Assembly (NCBI GenBank): GCA_963709345.1
Contig: CAVPVX010000004.1
Span: forward strand, 96,001-160,000
DNA: 64,000 bases
Source: an uncultured Actinomycetes bacterium
Lineage (GTDB): Bacteria; Actinomycetota; Thermoleophilia; UBA2241
Direction: 5' to 3'
In this document: positions 59,022-64,000 of the stretch, in pieces
Layout of the letters: each line of letters opens with the position of its first letter
How positions within the stretch are numbered: the stretch's first letter is position 1
Notes under the pieces: model-generated
What the model was told of the DNA's origin: nothing
Database searches by the model: none
What the model saw: the letters and a program-made list of their open reading frames with translations, nothing else
Translations under genes and position numbers: made by a program

Positions 59022-60465
59022 GTGGGCAACGAAGCGGAGTTCTACATCGACGGTCGCTGGACCGGGCCCGCCGAACCCGGCGAGACGTTCGCCGTGGTCG
59101 ACCCGTCGACCGAGGCGGAGGTGGCGCGGGTGGCCGCCGCCTCGGCAGCGGACGTGGACGCGGCGGTCGCGGCGGCCCACCGCGCCTTTCCGGCGTACAG
59201 CCGGACGACCCGGGACGAGCGCCTCGGAATGCTGGCGCGTCTGACCGAGGCGTACCGGCGCCGCATGCCGGCCATCGCGGCCGCGATGACGACGGAGGTG
59301 GGCATCCCGCGTGGCCTCGCCGAGGGCGGGCAGGTGCACGCCGGCATGACGCATCTGCGCACGGCCGCTGAGGCGCTCGCGGAGTACCCGCCGGCGGAGG
59401 ACCGGGGCACCACGCGCATCGTGCGCGAGCCTGTCGGCGTCTGTGCCCTGCTCGCTCCGTGGAATTGGCCGATGAACCAGGTGACGGCCAAGGTGGCGCC
59501 GGCGCTGGCCGCCGGCTGCACCATGGTCCTCAAGCCCAGCCGGCTCGCCCCGCTTTCGGCGCTGCTCTTCGCCGAGGCCGTCGAGGAGGCCGGCGTACCC
59601 GCCGGAGTGTTCAATCTGGTGAACGGCGCCGGATCTGAGCTCGGCCCCCTGCTTGCCGGGCACCCGCTCGTGGACATGGTGTCCATCACGGGGTCCACGG
59701 CCGTGGGCGCCGAGGTGGCTCATGCCGCCGCCGGCACCATCAAGCGCGTGTCCCAGGAGCTGGGCGGCAAGTCCGCCAACATCGTGTTCGAGGATGTCGA
59801 CGTGGACAGGATCGTGGCGCAGGGCGTGCTGGGGTGCATGCACAACTCCGGCCAGACGTGCAACGCGCCCACGCGGATGCTCGTCGCCGAGGCGGTGTAC
59901 GAGCGGGCGGTCGAGGTCGCGGCGCGCGCCGCCGACCTCCGTTGTCGTCGGCGAGCCGCGCGACCCCGCCACCTTCATGGGCCCGGTGGCCGGGCGCAAG
60001 CGATTCGACACCGTGCGTGAGTACATCGCGATCGGAGTGGACGAGGGCGCCCGGCTGGTCGCCGGGGGCCCGGACCGCCCCGCCGGCCTCGACAAGGGCT
60101 TCTACGTGCGACCGACGGTGTTCGCCGAGGTCACCCCGGATATGCGTGTCTTCCGGGAGGAGATCTTCGGACCGGTGCTCTGCATGCTGCCGTTCAGCGA
60201 CGAGGACCACGCCGTGGAGCTGGCGAACGGCACTGACTACGGTCTCTCCGGCTACGTGCAGTCGGCCGACCTGGAGCGTGCCCGGCGTGTGGCCGACCGT
60301 CTGCGCACCGGCATGGTGCACCTGAACGGGGCACCCACGGACGGCCGTGCCCCCTTCGGCGGCTACAAGCAGTCCGGCAACGGCCGCGAGTGGGGCCGCT
60401 TCGGGCTCGAGGACTACCTCGAGGTGAAGGCGGTGATGGGGTACCGCCCGCGCGCCTCCGGCTGA
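59022..60465 (+). CDS. Aldehyde dehydrogenase with one frameshift near 59940
   Basis: PWNWP, TGST, ELGGKS, NSGQTC in one frame; EEIFGP and PFGGYKQSG in another. Confidence 0.85.
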
Positions 60466-60559
60466 GCCTTCGGCGCTTCTGCCTTCCGCGCCCGCCCGGC
60501 TGTCCCGCCGCGCTATACTTGCGCCTTCATCGACCGAGCCGGCTCCGGGAGGCGCCCAC

Positions 60560-61486
60560 ATGGCACACGTGTACCCCAAGGCGTACTTCGGCGACGGTCT
60601 CGTGCCGACCGTGGACGCGACGCTGAGCATCACGAGCGCGGCCGTGCTCTACGGCCTCAGCGTGTACACGGTGCTGCCGGTCACGGTGACCCCGTCCGGG
60701 CAGGCGCTGGCCTTTCGTCTCGGTGATCACTACCGCAGGCTGGTCAACTCCGCGCGCATCATCGGCATCGACACTTTCGAGCCGGCGTGGAGCGAGGACC
60801 GCTTCGTCGCGGCGGTGCGGGAGATCGTGCTCGCCAACGAGGTGACGGAGGACGTCTTCGTTCGCGTGAGCGTGCACGCCGACGCGCAACTGCCGGGCAC
60901 GCGCTCGCGCGGCATCTCCACGGTGGTCAGCATGTTCGTCTACACGGCGGAGGCGATCCTGCCGCTGGACGGCGCGCGTCTGAAGACCAGTGTGTGGCGC
61001 CGCATCCCCGACTACGCGATCCCCTCGCGCGCCAAGGTCAACGGCGCCTACGTGAACTCGGTGCTGGCCAAGCAGGACGCCATCGACAGCGGCTACGACG
61101 ACTGCATCTTCCTCGACGCCGCCGGGCATGTGTGCGAGCTCAGCGCCGCCAACATCTTCATCGTTCGTGGCGGCGCCCTCATCACTCCCAGTACCGCCAG
61201 CGACCTGCTCGAGGGCATCAACCGGAGCACCGTGCTGCAGATCGCGGAGCGCTTCGGCCTGCCGGCCCACGAGCGCGAGGTGGACCTCACCGAGCTGTAC
61301 ATCGCCGACGAGGTCTTCGCCTGCGGCACCTCGACCTACGTGGCGCCGGTGATCGAGGTCGATGCGCGCGTCGTCAACGGCAACACCATCGGGCCCGTCA
61401 CCGCGCGGATCAGGGAGAAGTACGAGGCCGTGCTCCGCGGGCAGGATCCCGACTTCGAAGGGTTCGTCACGCGGTTGCGCGGCTGA
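60560..61486 (+). CDS. Class IV aminotransferase (branched-chain amino acid aminotransferase-like)
   Basis: RAKVNGAYVNS, ELSAANIF, LEGINR, ADEVFACGT. Confidence 0.88.
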   Translation: MAHVYPKAYFGDGLVPTVDATLSITSAAVLYGLSVYTVLPVTVTPSGQALAFRLGDHYRRLVNSARIIGIDTFEPAWSEDRFVAAVREIVLANEVTEDVFVRVSVHADAQLPGTRSRGISTVVSMFVYTAEAILPLDGARLKTSVWRRIPDYAIPSRAKVNGAYVNSVLAKQDAIDSGYDDCIFLDAAGHVCELSAANIFIVRGGALITPSTASDLLEGINRSTVLQIAERFGLPAHEREVDLTELYIADEVFACGTSTYVAPVIEVDARVVNGNTIGPVTARIREKYEAVLRGQDPDFEGFVTRLRG

Positions 61487-61666
61487 GGCGCGGGCGCGGG
61501 CAGGATGGCCTGCGCCTCCCGCTTCGCCCTTCGGTCAGTCCACCGCGCGCGTCTGGACGGCCTCCTCCAGCGTCCCCCTGAGTTCGTCCCAGTCGCCGGC
61601 CACCGCTTGCGTCTCGATGTCGAACTCGTTCGAGCATGCTCTCGCATGATGGGATAGGATGCCGTC

Positions 61667-62191
61667 ATGACTGTGAGCAGCTTCGAGGGCAAGACGCCGG
61701 AGGTCGGCGAGGGCTCCTGGATCCACCCGTCGGCGGACGTGATCGGCGACGTCAAGCTCGGCGCCCAGTGCTGGGTCGGGCCCGGCGCCCGCATCCGCGG
61801 CGACTATGGCTCCATAGTCATCGGCGACCACTGTGCCATCGAGGACAACTGCGTCATCCACGCGCGCCCCGGCGAGGTCTGCACGATCGGCTCCTGGGTC
61901 ACCATGGGGCACGGCTGCGTCGTGCACAGCGTGCTCATGCTCGGCGACTACACCGTGGTCGGCATGAACGCGGTGGTGAGCGACTGGGCCGACGTCGGCG
62001 AGTGGGGCATGATCGCCGAAGGCTCGGTCGTGACGCAGAGTACTGTGGTGCCGGCGTCACGAGTCGTCGCCGGCGTCCCCGCCCGTCTGCTCGACCGCGC
62101 CGTCGACCAGGAGTACAAGGACGCCTGGCTCGGCTTCAAGAAGACCTACGTCGGCCTCTGCGACCGCTACCGCGCGGGTTACGGGACCTGA
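61667..62191 (+). CDS. Gamma carbonic anhydrase family protein
   Basis: Hexapeptide repeats, RGD, IEDNCVIH, GHGCVVH. Confidence 0.9.
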   Translation: MTVSSFEGKTPEVGEGSWIHPSADVIGDVKLGAQCWVGPGARIRGDYGSIVIGDHCAIEDNCVIHARPGEVCTIGSWVTMGHGCVVHSVLMLGDYTVVGMNAVVSDWADVGEWGMIAEGSVVTQSTVVPASRVVAGVPARLLDRAVDQEYKDAWLGFKKTYVGLCDRYRAGYGT

Positions 62192-62255
62192 CGGTCCGCG
62201 CGCGGTCTCTTCGCACGCTCCTCGCGAGCACGTCGAGTCCGGAGGAGGCAGCCGA

Positions 62256-63197
62256 GTGGGTACCGGACCAGACATGAGCCGCCCGCCGGTGGTCGCGATG
62301 ATCGGGATGGCAACGGTGGACTACCTCTACGTCCTCGACGAGTATCCCGCGGCCGACACGGTGACCCCCGCCCTTGAGTATCAGACCGCGGTGGGAGGTC
62401 TGGCCGGCCGGGCCGCGATCGCCGCAAAGCGCCTTGGGAGCTCGACCCGGCTGCTGGCGGCGTGCGGGTCCGGCGAGCACGCCCAGGTCCTTCGGGCGGG
62501 TATGGCGGCCGAGGGCGTGGACTGCACCTGGGTCGCCAACGACCAGCCCTCGCAGCACTCGGCGGTCATCCTGGCGCGGGGCGAGGCGACCCGGACGATC
62601 ATCTGGTTGCCACAACCCATGGCGGATGCGCGCATGGTCGCGGAGCTGCCGCGGTTCCTCGAGGGCGTCGACGTCGCGCTCCTGGACGTGACCGATGAGA
62701 CCTTGGCGACGGCCGCGCTCGACGAGTGTGAGAAGAGGGGCGTGACCACCGTCATCGACACCGGGTCCGGGCGGCCCTGGACGCGGGGATTGCTGGGCCG
62801 GGCCGACCACGTCATTGCGGCCGAGACGTACGTGCTGAAGGAGACGGGGCACTCGGCGGAGCGGGCCGCTGCCGAGCTCTGGGGCGACTCCTGCCGCGCC
62901 GTGTTCGGCGTGACGCAAGGGCCGCGGGGCGGCGTGTTCACCACAGGCAAGGAGCTGGATCGGGTCCGGCGCTGGGAGGCTGTGCCGGTCGCCGGCGTGG
63001 ACTCCTGCGGCGCCGGCGACACCTTCCACGGCGCCTACGCGTGGGCGCTGGCGATGGGCCGGCCCCCTGCCGAGTGCTTCGAGACCGCCGCCTGGTCCGC
63101 GGGGCTCAAGGTCTCCCGGCTCGGCAACCAGGGCATCCCGACGCTGGAGCAACTGGAGCACGCGCGCAGGTCGACTCGCGCGGGTAGACCGGTCTGA
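62256..63197 (+). CDS. PfkB-family carbohydrate kinase
   Basis: GG motif, VTQGPRG, DSCGAGDTFHG; GGAGGAGG RBS. Confidence 0.88.
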   Translation: MGTGPDMSRPPVVAMIGMATVDYLYVLDEYPAADTVTPALEYQTAVGGLAGRAAIAAKRLGSSTRLLAACGSGEHAQVLRAGMAAEGVDCTWVANDQPSQHSAVILARGEATRTIIWLPQPMADARMVAELPRFLEGVDVALLDVTDETLATAALDECEKRGVTTVIDTGSGRPWTRGLLGRADHVIAAETYVLKETGHSAERAAAELWGDSCRAVFGVTQGPRGGVFTTGKELDRVRRWEAVPVAGVDSCGAGDTFHGAYAWALAMGRPPAECFETAAWSAGLKVSRLGNQGIPTLEQLEHARRSTRAGRPV

Positions 63198-63246
63198 CCC
63201 CGCACGCGCGGCGCCGGGCGTCGTTCAAGACTCGCCGAAGACGACG

Positions 63247-63630
63247 TCAGCCCTCCAGCGCCGCCACCAGCTTGTCCACCGAGAGGAAGCCGTTGTCGAA
63301 GACGAACTCCGGTCCGTCGGCGAGCGCCACGACGACCTGCTTGGTGATCCCCCTTGCTTCTTGGTGACCGACCGCAGTCGGCGGGCGGGATGCGCAGGCC
63401 CTGGCCATCCCAGTGGTCGCTGAAGCGGTCACCGACGATGCCGCCGACTCTGAGCGCATCGATAGCGATCGCCAGGGAGAGGCCCTGCTTGGGGTCGAGC
63501 GGCTCGAACAGGATGCGGCGGTCCGTGACCAGCAGCTTGCCCGAGAACTTGCTGTCGGTGGGGGCAGGTGGTGAATCGTCCACTTGCCGTTCTTCTCCTC
63601 ACCCGGTTCGAGCTCCAACTTGATCCCGGC
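63247..63630 (-). CDS. Hypothetical PH-like protein, frameshifted
   Basis: ELEPGEEKNGKWTI, KFSGKLLVTDRRILF and FVFDNGFLSVDKLV lie in alternating frames; start uncertain. Confidence 0.5.
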   Translation of the reverse strand, partial: AGIKLELEPGEEKNGKWTIHHLPPPTASSRASCWSRTAASCSSRSTPSRASPWRSLSMRSESAASSVTASATTGMARACASRPPTAVGHQEARGITKQVVVALADGPEFVFDNGFLSVDKLVAALEG

Positions 63631-63698
63631 CGTGCGCCTCTCTTCTCGTCTCCGGGACCACGCACCGGCTTACCTCGCGAGTCTGCTACGCTCACGCC

Positions 63699-64000
63699 AT
63701 GATGGCGGGCGTCGGACTGGTCCTGGAGGGCGGTGGCATGCGCGCCACCTATACCGGTGGTGTGCTGGACGCGTTCATGGACGCCGGCGTCGACCTGGGC
63801 TACGTCGTCGGTGTATCGGCCGGGGCCAACGCCGGCGGGCACTACGTGGCGGGGCAGCGCGAGCGCAGCCACCGCGTGTTCGTGGACTTGGCGGCGGACC
63901 CGCGCTATGCGGGCTGGCGCAACCTGGTTCGCGAGCGGAGCTGGTTCGGCATGGAGTTCCTGTTTCGGACCCTGCCGGACGAGCTGGCGCCGTTCGACTA
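63699..64000 (+). CDS. Patatin-like phospholipase, runs off the window end
   Basis: LVLEGGGMR and GVSAG. Confidence 0.88.
   Translation, partial: MMAGVGLVLEGGGMRATYTGGVLDAFMDAGVDLGYVVGVSAGANAGGHYVAGQRERSHRVFVDLAADPRYAGWRNLVRERSWFGMEFLFRTLPDELAPFD

Noticed and set aside
59930-59950. Programmed frameshift in the aldehyde dehydrogenase
   Set aside because: No slippery heptamer; a single-base error or mutation is simpler

Overview
High-GC (about 70% by eye) bacterial DNA. Gene content and frequent leaderless promoters suggest Actinomycetota, possibly a Thermoleophilia-like anaerobe (inference). Most of the window is ordinary metabolic, regulatory and transport genes: glnS, malic enzyme, fumC, cls, glutamate decarboxylase, pcm/acylphosphatase, nikR with an ECF Ni/Co transporter, TetR-MFS, aldehyde dehydrogenase, class IV aminotransferase, PfkB and patatin. 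The most notable structure is a ~15.7 kb accessory block between a + strand tRNA-Gln(CTG) (7628-7703) and a convergent - strand tRNA-Glu(CTC) (23544-23619). Three extra copies of the 3' 48 nt of tRNA-Glu (7805, 13006, 20822) split the block into three tandem cassettes. Helically phased GGTTGCA repeats sit at near-identical distances from two of these cores, yet no integrase is visible in the window. The cassettes carry two paralogous histidine kinases, a PadR/hydrolase/nitroreductase module, remnants of IS3, IS256 and IS630, and a degenerate lipoprotein gene. Several scattered single-base frameshifts may be long-read assembly errors rather than biology. All product calls come from motif recognition by eye; no database searches were run.
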